From assembly GCA_021108255.1 (NCBI GenBank), contig JAIORG010000102.1, positions 529 through 64,528 of the forward strand: 64,000 bases of DNA, given 5' to 3'. How positions within the stretch are numbered: position 1 is the stretch's first letter; each line of letters starts with the position of its first letter. Positions 38,900-48,113 of this stretch are shown here, one piece after another. The notes beneath the pieces are model-generated. The model ran no database searches. It saw nothing but the letters and a program-made list of their open reading frames with translations, and was not told the DNA's origin. The position numbers and the translations under genes were made by a program. This DNA is from Anaerolineales bacterium (GTDB taxonomy: Bacteria > Chloroflexota > Anaerolineae > Anaerolineales > UBA11858).

Positions 38900-40438
38900 A
38901 TGAAACATATTGCCAGATCCGCATTGATCATTGCGGTTTTCTTTGGTTTGGAAAAGATGCTGGGGTTTGTCCGCAATGTATTAATTGCCCGAGCCTTTAA
39001 CCTCTCGACTGAATTAGACGCCTTCAATGCCGCCAACAATATCCCGGACTTAATATTTGCCTTGATTTCCGGAGGCGCCCTGGCAATGGCATTCATCCCG
39101 GTGCTCTCAGAATACAGGAAAACTAAAAATAAAACTGAGATGTGGGGACTATTCTCTCAAGTAACCAACGCCGTATTCCTGGTTACAATCATTTTTTCCC
39201 TATTTGTCAGTCTAAGCGCAGCACAGCTTGTCTCCTGGGAAATCGGCATCGCCCCCGGTTTCACTTCCTCTCAGCAAAATTTGGTCACTGAATTAATGCG
39301 CTTAAACCTGATCGCAACAATTCTGTTCTCTTTAGGCGGGTTAGCAATCGCCGGACTTCAATCGCAGCAGCATTTCCTGATTCCAGCCTTAGCCCCCGCC
39401 ATGTATGACATCGGATCATTATTCGGCATCCTGATCCTTGCCCCGGAACAAGGCTACCAACTTGGGCCAATCACACTGCCGGCTTACAATATGGGGGTCT
39501 ATGGATTGGTATACGGCGTCATCATTGGTGCCGCATTATTTATGTTGATCCAGCTCCCAGCTTTGATTAAATTCGGATTCCGGTGGTCGCCAAAATTGAA
39601 TCTGAAAGATCCGGGCCTGCTGAAAGTTCTGCGATTAATGGGTCCCCGGGTATTGACAGTGTTTTTTATTCAATTTGTTTTCCTAATTCAGGACAACCTG
39701 GCTTCCCGATTACCCACAGGTTCGGTTACTGCCCTGGTGTATGGCTGGTTATTCATGCAGCTTCCGGAATCACTGATTGGAACTGCCCTGGGAACCGCCC
39801 TGCTTCCTACCTTATCCGAACAAATAATCAATAATGAAACCAATAAATTTCGCGCCACTCTCGAAAAAACCATCCGGGTGATCATCAGTCTTACTTTGCC
39901 AATTGCAGTAGTTCTGGCAATTAACATTCGCCCTCTAATCCAGGTCCTTGGATTCGATAGCGCAGGAACCAACCTGGTCGTATGGACTGTTAGAGCCTAT
40001 TTAACAGGATTAGTAGGTCACTCCTTGCTGGAAGTGGCCGCAAGGTCTTTTTACGCCCAGCATAACGCAAAAACCCCCCTTGTAGCATCCGGGCTCACTT
40101 TCACAGCTTTTGTCCTCCTGGCTATCCCCCTCTCCCAGAGGTTTGGTGCTCCTGGAATCGGATTGGCAAATTCGCTCGCATTCTCAGGAGAAGCACTTTT
40201 GCTATTTATCCTGCTTTATCGAAAAATGCCATTTTCTCCCCAGCTAAAAGGAACCTTGTTTCGTGCTCTGGCTGCCTGCATTTCAGGGGTAGGGCTGAGT
40301 GTATTTCTGCAAAAACTGGTGGGAACTCAAACCTCAACCCTGGCAGATCTGGGAGTCACCAGTGGAATTCTTATTCTCTCCGGTGGAATTATTCTCCCCT
40401 GGCTGCTTCCTGAAATAAAGGATTTGCTTAATATCTAA
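38900..40438 (+). CDS. murJ: Lipid II flippase MurJ (MviN)
   Basis: 512 aa polytopic membrane protein. The N-terminal region FGLEKMLGFVRNVLIARAFNLSTELDAFNAANNIPDLIF is typical of MurJ. Confidence 0.9.
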   Translation: MKHIARSALIIAVFFGLEKMLGFVRNVLIARAFNLSTELDAFNAANNIPDLIFALISGGALAMAFIPVLSEYRKTKNKTEMWGLFSQVTNAVFLVTIIFSLFVSLSAAQLVSWEIGIAPGFTSSQQNLVTELMRLNLIATILFSLGGLAIAGLQSQQHFLIPALAPAMYDIGSLFGILILAPEQGYQLGPITLPAYNMGVYGLVYGVIIGAALFMLIQLPALIKFGFRWSPKLNLKDPGLLKVLRLMGPRVLTVFFIQFVFLIQDNLASRLPTGSVTALVYGWLFMQLPESLIGTALGTALLPTLSEQIINNETNKFRATLEKTIRVIISLTLPIAVVLAINIRPLIQVLGFDSAGTNLVVWTVRAYLTGLVGHSLLEVAARSFYAQHNAKTPLVASGLTFTAFVLLAIPLSQRFGAPGIGLANSLAFSGEALLLFILLYRKMPFSPQLKGTLFRALAACISGVGLSVFLQKLVGTQTSTLADLGVTSGILILSGGIILPWLLPEIKDLLNI

Positions 40439-40447
40439 AGGAGACTT

Positions 40448-40702
40448 ATGGATCAACAACTCTACCGGAAGTATCTAAAAGAATATACGTTGGAAGCCCT
40501 GGATAAAGCAGAGGACAATGTCTCACTGGCCGCCGATTACCTGGATAAGATACCCAAACCTAAATTTTTTATGAAGGACCGCGAAGAAAAAAGAGCTGCC
40601 CTGAGCAGGGTAAAAAAAGTTTTTACTTCATCCCGGGAGCGTTCTTTGTTCGTCGTCTTAAAAAGCCTGGGATTTGATGATTTGGCAAAAGATGCTCTAT
40701 GA
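40448..40702 (+). CDS. Hypothetical 84-aa protein
   Basis: Strong SD AAAGGAG 5 nt before the ATG, 9 nt after the murJ stop. Charged and helical in character. No family recognised. Confidence 0.5.
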   Translation: MDQQLYRKYLKEYTLEALDKAEDNVSLAADYLDKIPKPKFFMKDREEKRAALSRVKKVFTSSRERSLFVVLKSLGFDDLAKDAL

Positions 40703-40781
40703 GTACGATTCTTTGTAGATAAAAAACAGGCACTTATTGTTGAGTGATTGTTTTCCACTTCAGACAATAATTGTATTCCCT

Positions 40782-42302
40782 TTAAACCTCAGAACCAGCC
40801 ATCAATAAGCCCAATTCAGCTTTTGTTACTTGATCCACTTGGAGGGTAGATACAATTTTCCCCTGATACATTACAGCAATTCGATCAGCTAAAGACATAA
40901 TTTCATCCAATTCAGCAGAGATAAATAAAACAGCTGCCCCATTATCCCGCTCTTCAATGATCCGTTTATGTATGTATTCAATTGATCCCACATCTAAACC
41001 ACGGGTGGGTTGATTGGCCAATAAAAGCTGCACTGGTCTGCTTAATTCCCTGGCAACAATCACTTTCTGCTGATTTCCGCCGGATAATTTCCCGGCATGC
41101 ACCATCGGGCCTGGTGTTCTGACATCAAAATCCGCGATTAGTTTTTCTGCATTCTCCAAAACAGCTTGTTTATTTCTCTGTAATCCTTTGGCAAAGGGCG
41201 ATTCATAATATGTGCATAAAACCATGTTGTCTGCAACTGAATAAGACATCACCAAACCGTGCCGTTGACGATCCTCAGGAATATGCGATAGCCCAGCTTC
41301 GATGAGTTTCCGCGGATTGCCATAAGGCATTTCTTTACCGTTTAAGTAAAATTCCCCACTTGCCGGGCTCCTCAGCCCGGTTAAGGCTTCAACAACCTCT
41401 GTCTGTCCATTCCCCTGAACCCCTGCAATTCCTAAGATTTCCCCTCTTCTAACTTCAAAAGAGATATCATGGACAATTCCCATTCCTCTTTCATCGTTCA
41501 CTGACAGGTTCATTACTTGCAGGACAGGTTCTGCTGGAGAAGCTGGATCTTTTTCAACTTCCAGAATTACTTCTCGTCCAACCATCATCTCCGCTAAACC
41601 CCTTTTATCTATCTCTTGGGGAGTTGTCGTTCCTACTACCTCACCCCTTCTCATTACCGTGATGCGATCAGCAACATCCATGACTTCCCGGAGCTTATGG
41701 GTGATGAATACAATCGATACTCCCTGCTCTGTCAGCTGTCTCATAATCCGGAAAAGGTCATCTGCTTCCTGAGGTGTGAGGACAGCGGTTGGTTCATCAA
41801 AAACCAGAATGTTTGCGTCCCGATAAAGAGCCTTGAGAATTTCAACTCGCTGTTGAACACCCACCGGGATTTCTTCAATTATTGCTCTTGGATCAACTTT
41901 GAGTCCGTATCCTTCTGACAATCGGGTGATGTCCTGGCGCGCCTTATTTAGGTCCAAAGTAGTTCCCTTCATCACCTCCGCACCAAGAATGATGTTCTCG
42001 GTTACAGAAAATACTGGCACCAGCATGAAATGCTGGTGGACCATTCCTATCTGGAGATCGATGGCATCATGAGGGTTATTTATCTCAACCATCTCCCCAT
42101 CAATAAATAATTCGCCCTCATCAGCGGAATAGAGGCCGTAAATCACATTCATCAAAGTAGATTTCCCTGCTCCGTTTTCACCCAAGAGCCCGTGTATCTC
42201 ACCTTTTTTTAGTGAGAAATCAACTCGATTGTTCGCGACCACTCCAGGAAATCGTTTTGTAATCTTACGAGCTTCTAATGCTAAGGGTATATTTTCATTC
42301 AT
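40782..42302 (-). CDS. ABC transporter ATP-binding protein, duplicated ATPase (BMP/sugar-nucleoside type)
   Basis: Walker A GENGAGKST, second-half signature LSGGNQQKV, two NBDs. Start at ATG 42302 (MNENIPL). The track start overlaps the upstream permease. Confidence 0.9.
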   Translation of the reverse strand: MNENIPLALEARKITKRFPGVVANNRVDFSLKKGEIHGLLGENGAGKSTLMNVIYGLYSADEGELFIDGEMVEINNPHDAIDLQIGMVHQHFMLVPVFSVTENIILGAEVMKGTTLDLNKARQDITRLSEGYGLKVDPRAIIEEIPVGVQQRVEILKALYRDANILVFDEPTAVLTPQEADDLFRIMRQLTEQGVSIVFITHKLREVMDVADRITVMRRGEVVGTTTPQEIDKRGLAEMMVGREVILEVEKDPASPAEPVLQVMNLSVNDERGMGIVHDISFEVRRGEILGIAGVQGNGQTEVVEALTGLRSPASGEFYLNGKEMPYGNPRKLIEAGLSHIPEDRQRHGLVMSYSVADNMVLCTYYESPFAKGLQRNKQAVLENAEKLIADFDVRTPGPMVHAGKLSGGNQQKVIVARELSRPVQLLLANQPTRGLDVGSIEYIHKRIIEERDNGAAVLFISAELDEIMSLADRIAVMYQGKIVSTLQVDQVTKAELGLLMAGSEV

Positions 42303-42324
42303 AGGAATTCTCTTTTCCAACTGG

Positions 42325-43338
42325 TTATTCTTTTTCGTAAGGGATTCCATCAGCAGCTGGGGGGCGTGACTTGCCAACCATACCTGCCAAAACAATAATC
42401 GTGAGTAAATAGGGCAACATACCTATAAACTGATGGGGAATATCTATCACTCCTGCAAATTGAATCTGAGTCTGAATAGCGGAAGTCACCCCAAACAACA
42501 GGGCCGCTCCCCAGGAACCGAGAGGTGTCCACCTACCGAATATCATCACAGCCAAAGCGACAAATCCCCGTCCATTCGTCATTAATCGCTCGAATGATCC
42601 CACTGCCTCCAGGGTAAGGAAGGCTCCTGCCAAACCTGCTATCGCTCCCCCAAGAATAACATTTATGTAGCGAATTTTGTATACATTGACACCTAGAGTA
42701 TCCGCGGCTTTGGGGTGTTCACCAACAGCACGCGTACGCAAACCCCACCGGGTATAGAACAGGACATAGTGAACAACAAACACCAAAACAATAGTTGCAT
42801 ATGTTATCGGCGGATTATTAAACAAAGGGCGTCCAATGATTGGGATTTCCGCCAATTTTCCCAGAGCGATTGGTGCCAGTTTGCCTTCTGTGGTCAAACC
42901 TGCCTGATAAAAATAGCCTGTTAATCCAACAGCAATGATATTGATCACCGTTCCACCAATAATCTGATCGATCTTTAGAGTCACCGACATAAAAGCCAGC
43001 AGAAGTCCTAATACCGCTCCAGCTGCAACGCCGGCAAAGACAGCCAGCAGTAAATTTCCTGACCAGGCGTTGACCAAGAATCCAATGAAGGCTGACAACA
43101 ACATTTGACCCTCTATGCCAATGTTAATAATGCCCGCGCGTTCTCCTAACAAACCGCACATCGCACCTAACACCAAAGGGGTAGCATGGCGAACAGCAGA
43201 GGCGAGAACAGCCTCCGTGATAACTGGGGTTGTCAAATAAAAATACAATATCACAATGACGACTATACTGCCCAGGATAATTAGCGGTCGCTGTTGTCGA
43301 AAGAATCCCTTCCAGAAAGTTGATCTATCCATATCCAC
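42325..43338 (-). CDS. ABC transporter permease (BMP/ribose-type)
   Basis: 337 aa polytopic protein, positioned between the permease and ATPase genes of the same operon. Confidence 0.85.
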   Translation of the reverse strand: MDMDRSTFWKGFFRQQRPLIILGSIVVIVILYFYLTTPVITEAVLASAVRHATPLVLGAMCGLLGERAGIINIGIEGQMLLSAFIGFLVNAWSGNLLLAVFAGVAAGAVLGLLLAFMSVTLKIDQIIGGTVINIIAVGLTGYFYQAGLTTEGKLAPIALGKLAEIPIIGRPLFNNPPITYATIVLVFVVHYVLFYTRWGLRTRAVGEHPKAADTLGVNVYKIRYINVILGGAIAGLAGAFLTLEAVGSFERLMTNGRGFVALAVMIFGRWTPLGSWGAALLFGVTSAIQTQIQFAGVIDIPHQFIGMLPYLLTIIVLAGMVGKSRPPAADGIPYEKE

Positions 43339-43345
43339 CTCTTGA

Positions 43346-44455
43346 TTAACCCCAACCCGTTGTGAGTTTGACTCCTTCCTCTTCTTCTTCTATACGCAGC
43401 AGCCAGCGGATGATAATATCTGCGGCAATGAAGAACAATATCAACGCTTGAATCACGTCAACAATTTCTTTGGCAACATCCGCTGAAAACTGCATTTGGC
43501 TTGATCCAGCCTCCATTGCTCCAATCAAAATTGCTGCCGGAATGACCCCAAACGGGTTTGTCTTTCCTAATAATGCAATCGTGATTCCATCAAAACCCAA
43601 ACCAACATTAAACCCGGGCTGGTATCGCCCAACCACACCTTGAGTCTCAACTGCACCGCCTATCCCGGCAATGAATCCACTGATCACCATAGCTAAAATA
43701 ATTGTCCTGGCAACTTTCACACCCGAATACTCAGCAGCATCAGGGTTTTGCCCAACAGTTCTGATCTCAAATCCCAGGGTAGTATGCTCAAGAAGCCACC
43801 AAATCAGAAGAGCAAACAACAAGGCAATCAAGAAGCCAACCGGGAATCCGCCTATATCCGGGATAACTGCAGTATCAAAGATTTTCGGGGTCCTGGCAAC
43901 AACATTGCCTGGACTGGCATCCTTCCAGGGACCATCAGCCAGGTAATCAGTAAGGTTGATGGCAACATAGTTAAGCATGATGGTGGTAATCACCTCATGA
44001 GCACCAGTATATGTCTTTAGCGCTCCTGGGATAGCAGCAAACAATGCGCCAGCCAGGGCTCCTCCCAACAATGCCAGCGGCGCATGAATGTAGGCTGGGA
44101 GCCCATCAATTGCAAATCCGAGGAATGCTGCTACTATGGCTCCAAACAGCAACTGGCCTTGAGCACCAATGTTGAACAAACCTGCCTTAAATGCAAAGGC
44201 AACAGCAAGCCCACTGAACACCAATGGTGTTGCTTTCTCTAAGGTTCGTGTAAATGCATCAATATCTCCAAACGATCCCTTGATCAATGCAGAATAAGCT
44301 TCAATCGGTGACGCGCCAGAAACAAACAGGATGATTGCCCCAATTAATACTGCCAGCAAAACAGCAAAAACGGGGACGCTGATAACCTTGGTAACATAAG
44401 CCAACGATTGAAGAAAGTTGGTTCGCTGGGCTCCAACATTTTGTTCCTCACTCAT
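43346..44455 (-). CDS. ABC transporter permease (BMP/ribose-type)
   Basis: 369 aa polytopic protein, paralogous in character to the next permease. Confidence 0.85.
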   Translation of the reverse strand: MSEEQNVGAQRTNFLQSLAYVTKVISVPVFAVLLAVLIGAIILFVSGASPIEAYSALIKGSFGDIDAFTRTLEKATPLVFSGLAVAFAFKAGLFNIGAQGQLLFGAIVAAFLGFAIDGLPAYIHAPLALLGGALAGALFAAIPGALKTYTGAHEVITTIMLNYVAINLTDYLADGPWKDASPGNVVARTPKIFDTAVIPDIGGFPVGFLIALLFALLIWWLLEHTTLGFEIRTVGQNPDAAEYSGVKVARTIILAMVISGFIAGIGGAVETQGVVGRYQPGFNVGLGFDGITIALLGKTNPFGVIPAAILIGAMEAGSSQMQFSADVAKEIVDVIQALILFFIAADIIIRWLLRIEEEEEGVKLTTGWG

Positions 44456-44647
44456 AGGTTTTCCCTTTATAACTGAAATGGAGATATAACATTACTCGAT
44501 CAGTCAGCAATGCTGAGAAAATGCTTCACTCACTAAGATACAGGACAAGAATTGTGATAACAAATTATATACAAATAACATTTTACCAGAATAATAAATC
44601 AACCTTCTTAAAAAAGAAAAATGGTTTTTCTTGCCTGGTGAGATTAA

Positions 44648-45694
44648 CTATTCAAAGGTAGTTTTGATATACCCGGCACTCACTTCTTCCTGGATCGATT
44701 TCACCGCTTGTAATTTCCCTTGACTTAGCAGATCAGGGTTAACGTCATTAATAAGCAATGGTGGGATGTGCTCACTCCCAGATTGGTTTTCCAAGAATTC
44801 AGGCCAATACTCTTTAAACGCTTGAACGAGATCATACTCCAGCGAGGCGACCCAATTGTCCCGGTACTCCTCTCTGAAATCGCTACCAGGGCCAATTATG
44901 AGCTTATCGTTGTTGATCAGCATCTGATAGATTTTTTGATTTCCCGCGCCGGGGACAATATAGAAAGTATTTACTGCCCGATCAATCAACAAATTAACAT
45001 TAACCTCAATATCCAGGTCACTTGGGTCAACAGGGAGATCGATATATTTAGGGTACATATAAAGGATCCCAGTCGGAGCATATTTCGGATTGCACAAACC
45101 GCAGAAATATTTCACTCCCACCCGGAAACCCTCCCGGGCAGCCAGGGCGTCATCACTTTCCTGAACGCTTAACACTGCCACTCGCCAATCAGTTGTAATC
45201 ATGGCAGCGATATAACCTGCAGTGAACCCCTGAACACCAAAATCTCCTCCACCAGAACGCAGAACACTCAGATTGTCGAGGGGATCAAGATCATTAAATC
45301 CTACCGCTAGGAATTTTGTATCTGGAGCACCCTGAGCCAGAGTTTCGAGATCAGGATAAGGCGACAGGACAATTACAAGCCGGAAATCATCCGTCAGAAA
45401 ATCTCCTGGGGCCATGGTTTCAAGGACTTGAAACCGAAGTCCTTCAGCCCTGATATACCCCCCTACCAGGGGATTTAATTCCTCTACCAAACTTGGATCA
45501 GATTCCGGCGGGGTTAGGAACACACCCACCGGTGATAGTGGTGTCGGCGTGTCAGCCAAAGTTGCAGTCGGCGCCGGTGTCTCTGTAAAATTCGGCTCAA
45601 TACTCGGCGTTTGAGTATCCGGTTGTGAACTACATCCAACCAGGATTAAAATAATAATAAACAACCAGTAAAAAATTTTATGTCTAGCCAACAA
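44648..45694 (-). CDS. BMP-family (PnrA-like) ABC substrate-binding lipoprotein
   Basis: Lipobox LVGC and a Thr/Pro linker. Sits at the head of the ABC operon. The periplasmic-binding-fold pattern is only moderately recognisable. Confidence 0.6.
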   Translation of the reverse strand: MLARHKIFYWLFIIILILVGCSSQPDTQTPSIEPNFTETPAPTATLADTPTPLSPVGVFLTPPESDPSLVEELNPLVGGYIRAEGLRFQVLETMAPGDFLTDDFRLVIVLSPYPDLETLAQGAPDTKFLAVGFNDLDPLDNLSVLRSGGGDFGVQGFTAGYIAAMITTDWRVAVLSVQESDDALAAREGFRVGVKYFCGLCNPKYAPTGILYMYPKYIDLPVDPSDLDIEVNVNLLIDRAVNTFYIVPGAGNQKIYQMLINNDKLIIGPGSDFREEYRDNWVASLEYDLVQAFKEYWPEFLENQSGSEHIPPLLINDVNPDLLSQGKLQAVKSIQEEVSAGYIKTTFE

Positions 45695-45760
45695 TTACTC
45701 CTTGGTGTTATTAACTAGATTTTATTTTACTACTTTTTTCCAAGTAAGGGCTCTATCTAG

Positions 45761-45766
45761 TATAAT
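45761..45766 (+). promoter_or_regulatory. Consensus -10 TATAAT placed 8 nt before the ATG (candidate leaderless promoter)
   Basis: TATAAT-ttaaaaat-ATG(45775). No SD is present. Confidence 0.4.
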
Positions 45767-45774
45767 TTAAAAAT

Positions 45775-46245
45775 ATGATTAATGTCGAAATTCCCGGAGA
45801 GGGAGAACTTCAAATTGAGCATGTTATTTTTGATGTCAACGGAACCCTCGCAGTTGATGGCATTCTGTTCCCGGAAGTTCTTTCCCAGCTGAAGGTTCTA
45901 AGAGAGAAAGTAAAGATCCATCTGTTGACAGCAGATACACATGGAAAGCAATCAGAAATAGACCAGCAATTGGGGGTTATTGCAATCCGTATAAAAGAAG
46001 GAAATGAAGCAGAGCAGAAAGCAGCTTACCTTGGTAAACTCGGCGCTGAACATTGTGCAGCTGTTGGGCAAGGGGCTAATGATTCCCTGATGCTGAAAGA
46101 AGCCAGGATCGGGATCTGCGTCCTGTCGGAAGAAGGTGCCGCACTGGGAACATTGCTCCAGGCAGATTTGGTTGTACCAGATATCGTTTCTGCCCTGACT
46201 GTATTAAATCATCCTGCACGTATGGTTGCGACCCTTAGAAAATAG
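45775..46245 (+). CDS. HAD-superfamily protein (soluble P-type-ATPase-like, COG4087-like)
   Basis: Motif I FDVNGTL and motif IV GQGANDSLMLKEA. Size is 156 aa. Confidence 0.7.
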   Translation: MINVEIPGEGELQIEHVIFDVNGTLAVDGILFPEVLSQLKVLREKVKIHLLTADTHGKQSEIDQQLGVIAIRIKEGNEAEQKAAYLGKLGAEHCAAVGQGANDSLMLKEARIGICVLSEEGAALGTLLQADLVVPDIVSALTVLNHPARMVATLRK

Positions 46246-46263
46246 CCAGACCCTGGAAAAAAT

Positions 46264-47496
46264 ATGTCTATCCCCAAAACCGATCAATTCCCTGATGATC
46301 CAGAAGATTTATCACCAGCCCGCCGTCGTCGGGCAGAGCGAGGCCTGGTCCCGGAAGACCTTATCTCAGTGGCAGAAGATATCGAAAGCCTGGCCCACAG
46401 CACTATACCTTCATTTGATTTTTTTCTGTTTTCACTGTTGGCAGGGGCAATAATTACGGCAAGCATTCTAGCTGATTCACCTGCCCTGCTTGTTCTGGGC
46501 GCACTTGCCGCACCACCACTCACTCCTTTTATCGGGATTTCTTTGGGCACGGCAACTGGATCGCTGAAATTTTTTAGCCAGCGCTTCATTGGATCGCTGG
46601 TTGCCAGCGGATTTATTTTTTTAGTAGGTATACTGGGGGGATACGCAACCTTTGTGCTCAAGACACCGGGCATTCAGTTTCTAATTTACAATGCCAGGGT
46701 TTCCTGGGCCCACCTGGTTCTGCTCATAGCCGGCACTGTCTTTTCTGTTATCAGCATTAAACGGCAGCAGCAGATACCGATATTACCCAGCGTCGCTCTG
46801 GCGTATGAATTGTATGTACCCCTGGCAATAGCCGGATTTGGGTTTGGAAGTGGACAACCTCACCTCTGGCCGGATGGGCTGGTAGTTTTTGGTATTCATT
46901 TAGCCGTTATGGCGATCACCGGGACGATTGTATTTGTACTTATGGGCATCAAGCCTCTGAACTTCATCGGCTATACTCTGGGAAGTGTGATTACCATCCT
47001 GGGAATCGTCCTGGTTATTGGTCTGAGCAGCGCAGGGGCTGTTGTTGGCGGGAAAATCGCCATGCCGACCCTCGTGCCCACAGCAACACAAACCGCAACA
47101 CCCGTTCCACCGACTCTCACCCCTACAAATACTCCCATACCCCCTACTCCCTCGCCTTCCCCAACCGTACCGACTGCAACCGCAACCCCGCAACCAACAG
47201 CAACCAGCTCGGTTACACCAAAACCAACCCCGTTTTTCGCAGAAATCGCAGCCCCAGAGAATGACGCTGTAGACTTTCCTGGAGCCTCTATTCGAAGTGG
47301 GCCCAGTCACCAAAGCCTGTGGCTCACCTCACTGTTAAACGGTGTCATGATTGAGATCCTCAATCCTTCTCCATCATATGATGAAGCAGGAGGGAGTTGG
47401 TTAAATGTTCGTTTTATTAATGCGGATGGAAATGAACAAGATGGATGGATTCGCGAGAACTTAATTCTAATTTCAACTCCTCAGCCGGATTGGTAA
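46264..47496 (+). CDS. DUF389-like membrane protein fused through a Thr/Pro linker to an SH3b-like domain
   Basis: LLVLGALAAPPLTPFIGISLGTATG resembles the DUF389 signature, with several TM helices. Linker PTATQTATPVPPTLTPTNTPIPPTPSPSPT. C-terminus ASIRSGPSHQS...GGSWLNVRF...DGWIRENL. Confidence 0.55.
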   Translation: MSIPKTDQFPDDPEDLSPARRRRAERGLVPEDLISVAEDIESLAHSTIPSFDFFLFSLLAGAIITASILADSPALLVLGALAAPPLTPFIGISLGTATGSLKFFSQRFIGSLVASGFIFLVGILGGYATFVLKTPGIQFLIYNARVSWAHLVLLIAGTVFSVISIKRQQQIPILPSVALAYELYVPLAIAGFGFGSGQPHLWPDGLVVFGIHLAVMAITGTIVFVLMGIKPLNFIGYTLGSVITILGIVLVIGLSSAGAVVGGKIAMPTLVPTATQTATPVPPTLTPTNTPIPPTPSPSPTVPTATATPQPTATSSVTPKPTPFFAEIAAPENDAVDFPGASIRSGPSHQSLWLTSLLNGVMIEILNPSPSYDEAGGSWLNVRFINADGNEQDGWIRENLILISTPQPDW

Positions 47497-47501
47497 TTGT
47501 T

Positions 47502-47915
47502 TTACTCTTTCAGATCCCGACCAAGAAATGCACCAGGGAGAAGATCACGAACAGTGCTCTGCTGAAGCAGGTTTTCATTCTCGTCCGCCAGTAGAACCTC
47601 GATATCCAACCCAAATTCTGATAATACCTGCCGGCAGGAACCACAGGGAGCGCCTCCATTCCTGGTTGCTACCGCGATTGCTTCAAACTCTCGTTCTCCA
47701 GCGCTGACTGCGCTGAAAATTGCCGATCTCTCTGCACAAATTGAATCGGGGTAAGCCGCGTTTTCAACATTAACCCCGGTAAATATCTGGCCTTTTTTTG
47801 TTAACAATGCTGCCCCAACCTGGTAGTTAGAATAGGGAGCATAAGCCCTGGACCGGACCTGACTTGCTTCGTGGATTAACTCCTGTCGTTTTTCATCATT
47901 TAAGGTCATTTGCAT
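47502..47915 (-). CDS. cdd: Cytidine deaminase
   Basis: Zinc motifs CAERSAIF and PCGSCRQVL. Start is ATG 47915 or 47909, after GAGGAG. The track start 47981 is too long. Confidence 0.9.
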   Translation of the reverse strand: MQMTLNDEKRQELIHEASQVRSRAYAPYSNYQVGAALLTKKGQIFTGVNVENAAYPDSICAERSAIFSAVSAGEREFEAIAVATRNGGAPCGSCRQVLSEFGLDIEVLLADENENLLQQSTVRDLLPGAFLGRDLKE

Positions 47916-48078
47916 TATTCTCCTCACCGACCAATTTGTTATTAAACTTTTTAATGCGCACCTTGTTGATCCTGTGTTCATCTACCTGTTCAACAGTAAA
48001 TAACAGGTTGTCAAATTCTACTACCTCTCCCAATTTGGGTACATGCCCCAGATTGAAGTACATCCAGAAGCAACACAA
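47896..48078 (-). pseudogene. Remnant of the C-terminal CorC_HlyC (transporter-associated) domain of a CBS-domain CorC/TlyC-family gene
   Basis: The translation ...GHVPKLGEVVEFDNLLFTVEQVDEHRINKVRIKK matches the last ~35 aa of the domain. Only 35 nt remain between it and glmU, so the rest of the gene is absent. Confidence 0.55.
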
Positions 48079-48113
48079 AAACCAATGAAAATGCGTAAAT
48101 TGTGGTCATAAGG

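Noticed and set aside
47080-47240. Low-complexity ACC/CCN-rich DNA that resembles a tandem repeat.
   Set aside because: It encodes an in-frame Thr/Pro-rich linker of the DUF389-SH3b protein and has no exact repeat unit.
46284-47313. 129-aa and 137-aa minus-strand ORFs, plus a 76-aa plus-strand ORF, inside the DUF389-like gene.
   Set aside because: They are generated by the GC-rich Thr/Pro-linker coding sequence and by the opposite strand of a membrane-protein gene. They show no independent signals.
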